From Aplysia californica (taxonomy: Eukaryota), in NCBI RefSeq assembly GCF_000002075.1, contig NW_004797725.1, forward strand, positions 298,527 to 360,958: a stretch of 62,432 bases of DNA. Direction: 5' to 3'. Below the pieces are notes generated by a model. That model was not told where the DNA came from, ran no database searches, and was given only the letters and a program-made list of their open reading frames with translations. A program made the translations under genes and the position numbers. Positions 37,950-51,507 of the stretch are shown piece by piece. The first letter of the stretch is position 1. Each line of letters opens with the position of its first letter.

Positions 37950-40900
37950 ATAATCAAATGGCCATGGTTGATGTTTATTCTGTTAATCTGTTGTACAAAC
38001 ATTTCAATTTGTTGGCAAAGAAAACAGTAATATAGAGTGTATTGCCTCTGTGTTTGAAGGCGAGCATTATAAAGACTACAAAGCTTGACATAATTTAGGT
38101 TAATGAATTTTACGCAAAAAACAATAAAAAGTTTTTAAAAATCTTTGCCTTTTTATATTAAAGAAAAGGACTTTTAAGCTTGAACACGTTAGAAATTCGT
38201 GCTCATATTTTCAACATTAGAGATGTACATCTACTTCATACCATGTTTTGGTTTTTTTTACATACTGTACTGGAACCTTGATCATTGATTAGAGTAACCT
38301 TGCTATGAATTACGGTGAACATTGTAAAGCTTAATGGTATTGTCATAGCTGAGATGTATGTGGCCAAAACTAAACTTCCATCTTGATGATATGTGTTTTG
38401 TAGCTTTTTCCTTTTTCGTTCTATGCGCCTTTAGTTTTCGAATTGGTGAATGTACATTATTTCTATGTAGCAAGCGAAGAATGGAAAAGAAGAAAAACCT
38501 CTACCTATCAGTCAGCAAGGGTTTATTAATCTAAAGGAGTAATGAAATACAGTCCAAACATAATTGCCTTTCATCAGTATTATTATTATGTGCATAGCTT
38601 TAGAGTTTGTGCCATTTTTAACAAAAACTTAAACTATCTTGGATGCGTTGTTGCAATCTTTATCTAAAATAATGACTTTACTGTCTCCTTTTATATCCCA
38701 TTTTGCAATTTCTTGTGTATATATATAACTATTTTCTCTCTTTTCTGGTGTTGTGTCATAAAAATAATGTGACAATTGTGTTGGATTTTTATTTCTGTTT
38801 TATTATAGCTGTTGGCAATCATTTCCCAGATCTGAGAAATCAGTATAGCAAAAATAAAACATCTTTTTTTTATTTGAGAGTCAGTTTTTTAAATGTTGTG
38901 CAGTCTCAAAAGTGATAGATCTTAGTCTTAGTATAGCTGAAGATGAATACACTTGAATGCTTTGTAGTTGAAGTTTTACTAAAGGCTACAAGGCTTATTT
39001 TATGTCCTTGAACCAGAAGGGCAAGCAGAGGGTCACAGTCCGCTATAGAGAAAAACTTGGATTTCTTACTACCAGTACCAAGCATATTTAAATCATTGTG
39101 GAATTCAGCAGATAAAAAATTGACCTCTTTTCCTTGTGATTAAGTAGCACGTGTGAAAAAATTCAATGATTGTCAAGTTAATAAAGCCAAAAGCAAATGA
39201 ACCCATGAAAACTGAAGAAAAGAATTTGGTCTAAAAACTTTCTTTTTTGGACTGGTCATATGCCATTAACATTATCTTGTCTTGTCTTTCTGTTACATAG
39301 TGAGAATACAGGTAAACCAAAATGAAGTAACTCATTTCAGTGCTTTTTGTTATCTAGTCGAAGCAAACAAGACAAAAACTTTCCACGTTTGTTAAATCAC
39401 TTAAACAGGAACCATTATTTTCACAGTAGACAGTTTTCCCTGAGAGTGTTTGGAGACAATGGAAGCCTATTGAAGCCTGACTGAGGAACTGTTTTGTTTT
39501 GTTGAGTATGATTAAAATTTGTTTGTTTTAGTAAGTGCTTTACAGCTCTTGTAAAGCAATAAGGTCATATAAGTGCCAAAGATCAGAGGTGTTACAAGAC
39601 AGTAACAAACACAAAAAAGAAGGAGGGGAGATAAAGATTATAGATGTTTGATAGGAAAGAAGAAGCAAACCACACCAGAGCACCTGCCAACCACCCACTG
39701 AGTATGATTTAATGCCCTTCTAGACACTAATCCTTCTGAAGACAGGGCACTTAGCCCACAGGGAAAAGTAGAGAAGGAAAAGAGGATAATAAAGAAAACA
39801 AGAGATAATAGACCAATGTTAATACTACTGAACAAATCATAGCACAGAGCTGTTCCACCACAAGAGAAGAGTTGTTCTGCTGCAAGTGCACAGTGCAACC
39901 ACTTAGATTTGATTAGAATGACTTGTCTATAGTCTATACTGAATATGAGCAGTAGCAGGTCGGTCTTGTCAAACAAGACTGATGGCCCAAGAAAGTTATG
40001 CCGATATAATGTCTCTCTCCCAACTGTGAAGGAAGTTAAGTATGATGTTGTGGTTGGTTGATGAAGAGTAAGGTGTATGCATTATTCATTGTGCATCATC
40101 TTATGCGGTGTTATCTTCTTAATCTACTCACTGTAACTTAAATGACCCAAAAGTGGGACCATGAATGGCATGGTACAGCTTCAGTTTAAATGATAAAAGA
40201 TAAAAGGGCAAATTGTAGTACTCTGTAACTGTAACTTGGAAAACCCTTTTTGGATTATTTCTGAGGGTTTCAATGTCAGGACATTTGGCTGAAAACTGAG
40301 AGGAAATACTCTCAGAAAGACAAGAAAAGTTTGGATCCCAACTCAAATTTGATTCCCAAACCTCCATTTGTTGGGCCACTCCAAAAAGTAACTGGGTCTG
40401 AGCTGGAGGCTCTAACTTTAATAAATTATGAAATTATGAGAAAAAAAAAGTTTGCTACTCAGACTGTTTGTGAAGAACTGCATGGACCTGAGGTATACAG
40501 CAGAACATTTATATCCACAAAAAAATCTACATCATACTTAGTCAAATGACAGCCATTGAACCTCATATAACATAAAGGTTGGTTTACTTCAGTTTTAGTT
40601 AAAAATTTTACGGTACCGTACTTGCAACAAAAACAAGACGTTTATGTGTCGAGGATTAGAAATGATACTAGAGAGTAACAAAACATACAAAGAAAAGAAG
40701 AAGAGGTTTATAAGAATAATAGATAGCCTATCTTACAGGGAAAAAGGAACAAATCAAACAAGAGCATCAGCCCAGCACCTACAAAAAAAGGTTGAGAGTC
40801 TATACAAAATAAGAGCAGCAAAGATGGGGTGTAAAGGACTGCATGAGGGTTAAGAAAATTGGAGTTCACAAAACAAAACAAAAAAAGCTGGAAGCTGATG

Positions 40901-42119
40901 GCACTAACAGATCTATTTTAGCCTTATACAGTAGGCTTCTGCAAGCAAGTTAACCCTCAGAACCCCCAAAAAACAACAACAACAAACAAACAAAACCAAC
41001 CAAAACCAAACAGTCCCCCATTGAATAGATCTAACCCAATTTTATGCGTGTTGAATTTAAGGAAGGAAACGAAGCTCAAATTATGTCTTTGAACTTTACA
41101 TGAAATTCTCATTCAGAAAAAGGGCTTCAAAGAGACATAGCAATTCATGAATATTGGTGGAGCATTACAATGGGGTTCTACTGTGTGGAGGCAGTCACAT
41201 GCGTCTCTGTACATCTGATGCCTGAAATGTAACAGGAAAGCCAGTCTGTTACATAACAACATATCAGATGATATTGCCCACATAATTCCGCTGAAGGAAC
41301 AACAGTGTGTTTGAGCTTAGTATTGTTTACAATTACCCTATCTCATTATTCCTGCAGCAATGTTGAGGTAGAATAAGAACAAAACAAGATTCTCTCTACT
41401 AACTAAGTAATTCTTAATCACACTTTGAGATAAGAAAGGTCCGAACAAGGGATAGTTTTGAGCATTTTAATACACAATCTCATAATAAACAATTTTGTAT
41501 AAAAATAAGACAGCATGCACTCTAAAGGACAGAGAGGAGCTAAAGGCACAAGCTCTCACTGCTGTAAATGGAAGCAATGTTTTCTCTCTCTAGGTTCTAA
41601 TCAAAATCAAAGCTGGAACCTGACAGCATAGTGTATTTGTAACACACACAGACCCACTCACATAAACTGAGACATATACAAACAAGGCATAGAGAAATCT
41701 TTAAAATAAAGAAAGCTAATAATTAATAACAGAAGTCTATTTCTATCAAAACTTTGTAGCTGTGGTTATTGACTTGACTTTACAATTTGAAGCACAATAA
41801 AATTCACCTTACAAATAGGTGTACTAATTTACAATTAAAATACATCACATTTTTAAACTGAATACCAATAATCTTGAGCCATTTTCCAGCTGTTAACTAT
41901 GTCTTTCAAAGTTTTTGACCGACAGGTGCAGTGCGCTGTACAATGTATTGTGATGAGGGACTGCGACAGACACTGTGCATTATGTGTTGTTGAAAGGTAG
42001 AGGGCTTGGCCAAGGACGGAGACAGTATTGTGTATGGGAGTGAGATGGATGAAGTGAAGTTTCCACACTTGAACCCTGACTTAACTTCCACTATTGAGAA
42101 TTGAAAGTTTGAAAATTAA

Positions 42120-42559
42120 CTCAATCAGCCCTGAGCCCGAGATAGTCTGGTTGCGCACTTCTGCACCGAGCCCGACAGTATCGAGAAGGAAATTTCTACT
42201 GTTAATAACGTTAATACATATCAAAGAAGATCATACATATATGCTTTATAAGTGACCCCTGGCCATTTCTTCACGAGAAATGGATTATTACAAGGGCAAA
42301 AGTTGCTTTCTTGACCTACAATTGAAAATAACTTTGCATGGTAACGAAGTAGGAAATGAGAATGAGTCTTGTTCTCATAGACTATCTAATATTTTCAAAT
42401 TCTGTTAACAGCAATAGTCCATGTAATACCTAAACAAATTGTGTGTGAAATATTATGGCGATTGAATTTGATTTAGTATTTTTACCGATTTTTTCAAAAA
42501 CACCTGAAACCACTAGGCACAGCCAGTAGATCGGGTCCTTGGCCCCAGGGCTGAGTGAG
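42120..42559. mobile_element. piggyBac-like MITE in or near the TMEM19 3' UTR
   Basis: TTAA on both sides. TIR CTCAATCAGCCCTG / CAGGGCTGAGTGAG. Confidence 0.75.
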
Positions 42560-43504
42560 TTAACCTTTGTATATCAGGGCCCAGCACCACCATAAAAAAT
42601 GTTTGCCAGTTCAGGCACCATGGTCATCAAATAAAGATACACGCTTTTAACTGAAATACAGTATTTCTTTTCAAAAGGACATAACTCTCTAAAAGGGACC
42701 AAAAACAAACTGAAATAACTCATAAACCTACATCTAAAAAGCCCATACCCTTGATTTAAACAAAAACATCATTATAATTTCTTGAACACAATACACCTTT
42801 ATCCTTTATCATACTGAGCACTAGAACACCTATTAATTGTTTCAGGAAAGTAATAGAAATATATATGCTTCTTACCACAAAGACAATATGAGGCTACCAC
42901 TGATTTGTAGAATCTTTTTAACTTTCAATGTATCATTCGTGTCAGCTGTCTTGCTTCCATCTCAGCATTGTGGTTGACCACTAGAGTGTCAGTAGTTTTC
43001 TTTTGCCCAAAAAGAAAACAAACAACCCCCCCCNNNNNNNNNNNNNNNNNNNNNNNNNNNNNNNNNNNNNNNNNNNNNNNNNNNNNNNNNNNNNNNNNNN
43101 NNNNNNNNNNNNNNNNNNNNNNNNNNNNNNNNNCCCCCCCCAACAACTCATCCTCCATCTCTCTCTTTAGAGCATTGAGGTCTACAAACCAGACAAACCA
43201 GAGCATTGCTTTTTTAAACACAGAACATTTGAATACACAAAATTAGGTCCAGCTTAAAAATACACCACGGGCACACTACCAGTAGTTTCTTTAATGACAA
43301 GAACACACAATATATATTAAAAACTGATATCCTCAGTGCATGCTCACCCACAATTGTCACTTTCACCTCTTTCTTCTTACATTTTTGCTTTCGGGCTTAT
43401 ACAAAGATTGCAAAGTTCACACTCTGACAGCGTTCAGATTTCAAAGTAATAATAGTAATATTGCTGTACAAGATTTACTACTAAGTCATATAAACAGAGA
43501 CATT

Positions 43505-43671
43505 TCAGACAAACCAATTCCATGTTTCTGCTGCAATATATGGCATAATAATCCCAGTCAGAAGTGATGCTAGAAGATTTACCGAATGATTATCTAATAT
43601 TTCAAAACCACTTATGTGTTCAATGTTGGGCCCTTTACTTTCCACAATACAGCCCAATGTCTTGTGCCTTC
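43505..43671 (-). CDS. TMEM19: Transmembrane protein 19, exon 7 (last)
   Basis: GRHKTLGCIVESKGPNIEHISGFEILDNHSVNLLASLL...WFV*; DUF92 LDNxxVN motif. Confidence 0.93.
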
Positions 43672-44332
43672 CTGAAATGTGAAATAAGAAGTCATGATTA
43701 AATCCTGTACTTATTACAAAGTTGTGGTAATATGCAATAAAAGTGTTTAAACAATCTGGCACCCTAATATCTTTCTAAGTTACTACAGGAGTATATTCAA
43801 TCTACAAATTTTCTCTTGAGACAACCCTTAAATAAACCAATCTTTAAACCTTGTACCAAATAGATTTTTGCTAACACCTTTAGGAATGTAATAGTGGAAT
43901 AGTTCAACTTTGATTTTCTGATATAATTGCATTTTTGACATGTGATCACTTTTACATCTTTATAGGCCTCTCCCTCGAAATTGACTTTAACGACATATGG
44001 GCCCCCCTTTTCACAGGCACAAATATATTCAGTGTTGTATCCTCTGTATATCAGAAACTTTTTTAAAAGGAAAAATGGTGGAAGGTTACTCATGATTGTA
44101 AAAGCTAAAAAAATCCTGACCAAAACAATCTGTGAACTGTTACATTTTACAACTGTTTGTGGGTAAAATATCTAATTAAGCTAAACCTAAGGAGTTCAAC
44201 TGCAATCATGTGCTGAAGTTATATTACATATTTCAGAAAATAAATTAAGTTTTACAGAAACTTTATGCCTCATTGTTTTCCAGCTCAGTGCAAAGACTAC
44301 AATACAAAATGTTTTTTAAAATGCACTCCTAC

Positions 44333-44548
44333 CTGAAAATTGCAAGGTAGCACCTAGAATGGAATCAATGAGAGAGCCCATCAATCCTGCTAGAACAGCA
44401 TACAGCAGAATGGGCCACTGGGGTGGGGAGTCTTTTAAGACAGTCCATTGTGATGTTAAGAGGACAGTAAAATAACAAGGTATTCCAACAACGGCCCCTC
44501 CAAACATGCTGCTCAGTGTGCCCACCAGTGATACTCCACCGTTTGTTC
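44333..44548 (-). CDS. TMEM19: Transmembrane protein 19, exon 6
   Basis: GTNGGVSLVG...PQWP...GSLIDSILGATLQFSG; canonical splice sites, phase 1/1. Confidence 0.95.
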
Positions 44549-46156
44549 CTGAAAATAACACGGACGGTTACTATACTAATATTTGGATTTTAAAAAAATT
44601 ATTTTTTTAATACACTGACGCACTTGTCAAGCAATGCCTCACCCCAAAGCTGACAACTGTTTCTCAACAGTTGATAGCTACTCTCACAGTAAAAGTGCTC
44701 CCTGTTGACATTCAAATTTTTGATAATTGAGAGACACTCCAGTTGAAAATTTTTTATCAACCATCACTTAACATTAGCTTCATGAAGGATGGAGCACTAA
44801 ATTTTCATCATGAACAGTGAGCTTTGTCAAGATATGAGAGTAGACCTCAGAACTCTTCTTTTCCATTTTCTATTTGATGACTTCACGAAACTAGTCCTCT
44901 ATCGTACACACAAAAAATTGAGTTGGATCTGCTTCAGAGGTACAAAGCAAATCGGGTGTAAAATATCTGGAGATGCACTTGAGCTGCAAATTCACTTTTT
45001 GAATGTGAAGCTTACTTTGTCAAAAGATATACTGGGTACACAAATTCACGAAAACATCTGAAACTTTAAATAAGCAGCATGCAATTCATTCAGTTTCAAA
45101 ATCGTACAAAATATTCTTAGAGCTCTTAGATAACTAAACATCTTCCAGCTACGAGATGTACTATGATATTTTCTCCTGTTCAATCTTCTATTTTAGCTTC
45201 TTCTTCCCCTACTTTGTCTTCAGTGACAGATCTTTCTACTCAGCTATGACATTTAATCATAATATGAAAGATGCAATTTTCAATCTTTTAACAAACAATT
45301 TCACATTTGATACCAAAAGCTAAACAGAATAGAACTGTATAGAATATGCAAAATTAAGAAAGAGAAAAAAGTGGGTAGAGAACTTATCTACAAAGCATGA
45401 TAGTAGAGGCTTTTCTTTATTCTCTATGCCAAGCACTCTCTGTAAAGCACTATGAAAGTTGACCACATGTTTTCAGAATTTGAAAGATTTTAAACTACAT
45501 GGTAGAAACTGGTTACAAGTATGATAGTAACAATCAAATGAAGATAAAAATATAAAATAGGCTTGAAATAAAAGTAAGAACAAATACTAAATAAAAACTT
45601 CAAAGTCTAACCCCCCCCCCCCCCCCCCCCCCCTAAAAAAAAAAGTAACATCTTGGTGAACTCATGTTTTGCTTGATCTTTAGCATGTAGCAATATGCAA
45701 AAAATCAAGTAACAGACCAATGGCGGCATACTTCTTAAAATATGTTATTAAATTAAGCTTCCACTTCTTGTTCCCTGCAATACTGCAGCATTATTTTAAA
45801 AATAATTTTATAAGTCTGTACTTTCCAGATGGCGTATTTCTTTTCTGCATTGATACAAATGCACAAAAGTGAAGGAAAAAAGGGCAGCAAAATGCACTTT
45901 ATTTGGTAAATTAAGACATGGACCTATTGACAAAATGTATGACCACAGAAATGTACAATAAATACATCCATGCACTGCATACACAATATTACTAGTTACC
46001 ATGAACACTATGCCCACTGCTTACTTTTGAGAAGTAGTCAGCACATATTAACCACGCAAACATCCCTAAGCCATCAAAATGGCATTATCTGTCCGACAAA
46101 CAAAACAGTGAAGAACAAACAATAAAAGTTATATTATAGATCAAATATTTGCCTAC

Positions 46157-46334
46157 CTCGAGGGACACGTCTAAGCGTAATGATGTGCACAGGGTCTAGA
46201 TTTCCTACTACAGTGCCAATCTCTGAAGCAAAAGTGTCTCCGGAGGCACATGCAATTGCGGACATAACTGCCACGCTATACCAAGAAGCTGAGTAAGTGG
46301 ACAAAAAATTGAAGGGCAGGTTCACACACCCAAC
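46157..46334 (-). CDS. TMEM19: Transmembrane protein 19, exon 5
   Basis: VGCVNLP...YSASW...ACASGDTFASEIG...RVPRG; phase 0/1. Confidence 0.95.
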
Positions 46335-46960
46335 CTGAGAGACAGAACAAATAACCATGAAAATTTTTAATAAATTGCCAGCATGTAATCAATCAACCTT
46401 TTTAAGGCACAAAAAAAAAAAAACACTGGCAAAAATATTTACTGTGATTCACTTGTAAGTTTAGGGTGAAACAGAAAAACAAAGATATGATAATTGCCAT
46501 TTGCAGCTCGACAATAGCAAAATAGAGAGACAGAATCAAAACGAGAGATAAATTCTAAATTCCTTCATCTCTAAATCATCCCCACCTAGTGTACCTACTC
46601 AAAGTTACCCCAACAACAATGAAGCTGGCTGAGAGAATGTTTCATGACGCTGAGCGTCACTTGTAGTGGAGCAGTTTCCAAATACAGAACCAATCTGTAG
46701 AACAAAGGTTTCTCTAGGGGCATGCGCGAATTGACATACAATAACAACAGCTCTACCAAGAAGACCAATCTGGATATGAGTTCTCACCAAAGTTACTGAG
46801 TTTTTTGGGGTTTTTTTTTAAGCCTTGAAATGTTTTAGTTGTACTTTTTATTTCTCGATATTTCACACAGGTCTGTCTCTTCCTTTTTGTTTGTGATAGT
46901 TATTTATCATATCCGTAACAAGTTTCTACTGTATACTTTTATATTCTTACATATTTTGAG

Positions 46961-48010
46961 GGGGACTCTCGTGGTCTAGAGGTACAGTGTTCATTTCTCA
47001 TTCAATAGGTATTGGGTTTGAAAGCTGATGCTGACAGAAAATTTTCTTCTCTATAAAGATATTCTCTTTTCACCTCCCTTCCTGCTCTCATCATGTTCTG
47101 TCATCTGCTTTCATCTCCACTTTTTGCCCCCCCCCCCCCTCCTCCCCGGGCTCCTGACTCTTTCTACAGCTAATTCTTGGCTCCTTCTTACTGCTGTCTT
47201 TCAGCCTCACCCCTGATCTTTGGGTAGGTAAGCTTGAACACCTAGCCTTCATATGACCTTTTTTTTTTTCCTTCTAAGTGTGTTACGGCACTCGCTACTG
47301 CATGAGGTCATATGAGCGCGCGGGACACATTAAACATTTTCAGTTGGTAGGAAATTTTGAATTTTGCCCGGGTGGCAGCCGAAGCCTACTCTACTTTAGA
47401 CCACCAAGGGATCATTAAAGTGCGCAGCTTGCACACTGGACCTCCCAGATTTTTCGCCCTTGTCCGAGAAGGCTAGGTGTAGATCTTTCCTTCCAGAAGA
47501 TCAGAGGTTTAAGTTTTAGTAGAGGTTTTACGGCGCTCGCAACTGCATAAAGTCATATGAGCGCCACAAGATTAGAGGTGTTACAAGAGAGTAACAAACA
47601 TAAAAAAGAAGGAGGGGAGATAAGGACGATAGGTGTTTGATAAAAAAGAAGAAGCAAACCCCACCAGAAAACCCGCCAACCACCCACGAAGATCAGGGGT
47701 GGGGCTGAAAGAAAGCTGTAAGCAGCCAGCGAGTTGCAGTAGAAAGGCTGCAGAAAGAGTCAGGAACCCAAGGGAGGGGGCAAAGGAGGTGATGGGGTGA
47801 GGGCAGAAAGTGGAGACGAAAGCAGACGACAGAACATTGCTAGAGAGCAGGAAAGGAGGTGAAAGGAGACCATTACAGAGAAGAAAATGTTTCTGTCGCC
47901 ACCTGGATTCAAACCCGAGACCTTTGAATGAGAGGCGAACACCTTAACCTCTAGGCCACGAGAGCCCCCCCCCCATATGACCTTTTCAATCGCGAGCCCT
48001 GATAAATACT
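46961..48010. mobile_element. Triple-nested retroposon cluster: tRNA-SINE (+) interrupted by the same SINE (-, 47263-47973), itself interrupted by family B (47505-47687); a third copy of this SINE lies at ~60240-60620 (-)
   Basis: Heads GGGGCTCTCGTGGCCTAGAGG...GGTTTGAATCC (A/B boxes). TSDs CATATGACCTTTT (47250, 47974) and GAAGATCAG (47496, 47688). Confidence 0.8.
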
Positions 48011-48321
48011 TACCAAAACAAACACATTTTGAAAATATGTCTTCGACTTGAGTGAAGGGTTACTTTCATTAATCAAAGTCTTCATTGTTGAAATACAATA
48101 AGAATGGTAGCATGAAAAGAGTAGATTTGGAAAATTTGAGGTTCACATTCAAAATGAGGTTCAAACTTTTCTTGTATCGTTCCTGAAGTAGTTTTCTTCT
48201 TAACTTAGGCACTCTAATGACGACTAAATGCTGCGCCTCCATGGTGACATACTTTTTGTCCAAAGGGTATCAAACTTTGATTTTTAAAATCCCTACAAAG
48301 AAAACATTGAGCAAAACTCAC

Positions 48322-48398
48322 CTCCCACATATAAAAAATGGCTAACAACGCAGCTGGGCCACCATTACAGATGACTTGAATCCAGTTTCTTTGCCCAC
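48322..48398 (-). CDS. TMEM19: Transmembrane protein 19, exon 4
   Basis: GGQRNWIQVICNGGPAALLAIFYMWE; phase 1/0. Confidence 0.95.
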
Positions 48399-48519
48399 CT
48401 GTAATAGAAGGTATCATAACATTCTAAAATCATCTTTTTCCATCATATACTAGCATTGTAATATTTCTGCAAAATCCATAGCCACAAAACCATTGGAAGC
48501 AGACATACAGCTACATATA

Positions 48520-49512
48520 CAGTAGTCTCCGCCTAAGATCCCACCGCTTACGATCCCGGCTCGCTTATGATCCCGCTGTTTTAAGAAAACAGAATTTTTA
48601 CTATACAAAAGTCACCCCTAAGATCCCACTCTGATTCACTCTGAAAGTCTACCTTCGGCTAAGATCCCACATTTCAGATCATAATTTACGGAACAAAAAC
48701 CCGGGCGGGCACAGCCGATCAAGCAAGAGTGAAAAGTTGAGATCAATAAACTGTCCGTCGCGTCAAAGATCAGCCACTATCGTGAATTTGATCACATACA
48801 CGTTGTAAAACTCGATGAAGCGATACAATGTTTGCCCCCGACGAGATCACACCGGGGTATGAACTGACCGACGCGTTTGTTTTCCCCACGCATCGCACTC
48901 ACACCTGAGCTCTCCCCCTAAACTTACATCACTCGCTGGGTGGGTAGGGCTTACACGTTCGTTCCAGGTGGGATCACATCGAACTGTGAACTCTTCCCCG
49001 ACCATTGCAGAAGTTGTCTCTACCCCCGAATTTGTGAGACAGACTGAATTTTAATTGGTGTGTTCACAACATAATGGTGTGTAACGACAAAGGCTGTTTG
49101 GGGGGGGGAGTATGTGCGTATGTATGAATATGTGTCTCTGTCTGTCTGTGTGTCTGTCTGTGTCTCGGTCAGAGATGGAATACTATAAATTTTCGACAGG
49201 TAAGGGGGAGGGGCAACTGGATACGCGTAGATCTTGAGACTCATGATAGGATAAGTGACAATGGCACGCCTCATCCCACTATGCACTGTGATAGTTCACC
49301 AAGGTTAACCACTCTTTGCTCGCATACGTCATAAACCCACCAAGCAGTCATGTCAGTTCATTTTAGAGTGGAGGGAGACCATTGTACCTATTGCGAGCCT
49401 TAGCATGTGTCACCATAGGTTCTTCCCTGGGTTCGTCGGTTAAGATCCCGGTTCGCCTAAGATACCGCATTTCCTTGCTCCCGAGCACCAGGATCTTAGG
49501 CAGAGACTACTG
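48520..49512. mobile_element. pogo/Tigger-like MITE
   Basis: TIR CAGTAGTCTCCGCCTAAGATCC / GGATCTTAGGCAGAGACTACTG, TA TSD, subterminal TAAGATCCC repeats. Confidence 0.85.
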
Positions 49513-49928
49513 TAATAAAATTTAAGTTAGTTATTAATCTCATATGAGGTGAGGCAGCTTGGTGAAATCAGACATTTGTCGAAATAATGAAAGTCAAGAA
49601 ACTGGCATTTTTCAGCAGGTTTGGTAATTTTTATCCAATTTTTGTTTTTTGGCTCAACGCCTTTCATGCCTTTTAAGAATACATTTCTGTTAGGATTTTA
49701 CTGGAAATGCGTTGATTAAAGGCATAAAAGATATACATTTTCAGTTTTCATGGACTCTCAAACTAAGGAAATAACTCAACTTTGGCAGCCATTTTCTCAC
49801 TAATCCTAGCTCTGGGAAACCAGGCGACCCCCACCTCCTTCAAAAGCCATTATCTTGACTTGTATCCAAGATAAATCGATATTTTTTTTTCATCAAAAGC
49901 AAGGCAAATGGACAGGCTTCAAGACAAT

Positions 49929-51507
49929 CACAGCGGATAAAATACCGTCCAGACCGCTCACTTAGTTTTCCTTCCCCGGTTCCTCCCCGACCATCCTCAC
50001 CACCCTGCCCGCCCCGCCCGACAGCCCAGCGCGAAGTCATAAATCACTTGTCAGAGGGGTTAATTGGGGTGACCGCAGCGCCACTCCTCCTGTGCCGGGG
50101 CAGTAGTAAATATGGCGTTTTAGTGCGAATTGAAAGCCTCCTAACTCTGAAACTATAAATGCTACAAGGCCGATTAAGATTTCATTGTAACGTGCTATGT
50201 TTGACCTGTAGGCCGGTATAACTTGTTTTCTTGTAAGTCCGATTATATCAGTTTTACAAGGGATTTAAGTAAGTCTGTGATTTTCAAACTGGCATCTTCA
50301 ATGTTTAGAACTTTTTCAGTTTGGATTTAGATATTTCAATCCGGCCCCCAACGATTTAAACAGAAATTCATGTATCAATTGTGGTGACAATTTTCATTTA
50401 CATGTGCAAGTTTCAAATGCACGAAGTTATTCTATGATTTTCTGTGATTTTGAAAAAATACCAACCCACCACTCTGAACATTCATTCTTGCTGTTTTTAG
50501 TTTTCTTGCCTCTACATCTGATTTTCGTTGTCATTTTGAACAATATTTTTGTCATGGAGTGCCACACTCAACATGATCACATGGTGGGCATTGTGCTCAA
50601 ACATCATCGCCTTCTTGAGGAGGCTGCACATGATATACATGTACAGCTGGTCCATCAATCTATGGAGAATTGCACGCCTGGAATAGGACAAAATGTGCAT
50701 ATCTACGGCAAAAAATGAAAGAGGGCTGGAAAAAAACGAGGAGGACATTCAATTGTTACAGGGCTGTCAGATTTTGTCGGATAATCCACGAGAAGCAGAG
50801 AGATTTGAGAGGAAGGGTTCTAGTGTACATGATCAGCTGTCAGAGTTAGAGTTTGAGGAGCTTATTCCAAGGTCAAGTCCTGCCTGCTCTGAATTTGATA
50901 ACATCCTCAAACAACACAACATCACACCACAGGCCTACAACAGCCGTTCATTTATAGGAAGCCACTGCCATAAATTCATCACAGCCCATGTGTACAGACA
51001 GCTAGCATCATTTTTAGCAAAAGGAACAGTTGCATGTACACGAAATCAAAGCATAATAGACACTGCATTAATTGTTCTGAGAGAGAAATTTGTTCACGTA
51101 AAAGACACCTTCAAAGATATCCACACAGTAATTGCACATGGAAAGCCAATCACTTTAGAGAGAATACCACATATTCAGTCATGCATCACATGATATATGT
51201 CTTTATACAGAAACCCCTTTTTGAGAACTTCACAGCTTCTAAGTGTAATGTACCATGTTCTTCCGATTTCTTCATTTTCTTCCTTAATATGTTGAATATT
51301 TACGTGGTCTTTATCAAAATATGCATCTTACATTAGCTTTGGCTCACTGTGCTGGTAAACTTTGCAAAAAATACAAGAGCGCTGCCGGTGTTCGGCTGAT
51401 TAGGGAAATCCCCGGCGGCGCAGGTAAATGACCCCGTGACCTGGGGAAGCGAGGGCTTGCTTGCCTCGCGCCAGCCGAAACTAAATGGGCGCTCCATAAC
51501 CGCTGTG
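49929..51507 (+). mobile_element. Chapaev-like (CMC; Transib/RAG1-related) DNA transposon, internally deleted, with transposase remnant
   Basis: Ends CACAGCGG / CCGCTGTG with 4-bp TSD CAAT; splits a family-A MITE. Remnants GIVLKHHRLLEEAAHDI and FDNILKQHNITPQAYNSRSFIGSHCHKF (ORFs 50404 and 50693). Confidence 0.75.

Noticed and set aside
47890-47970. tRNA-like sequences (also ~22460-22560, ~46961, ~60590)
   Set aside because: SINE heads: no acceptor stem closure and they continue into SINE bodies with TSDs.
49929-49960. True 12/23 RSS pair or RAG transposon
   Set aside because: No ACAAAAACC nonamer at 12 or 23 nt, TSD is 4 not 5 bp, and no RAG2-like ORF.
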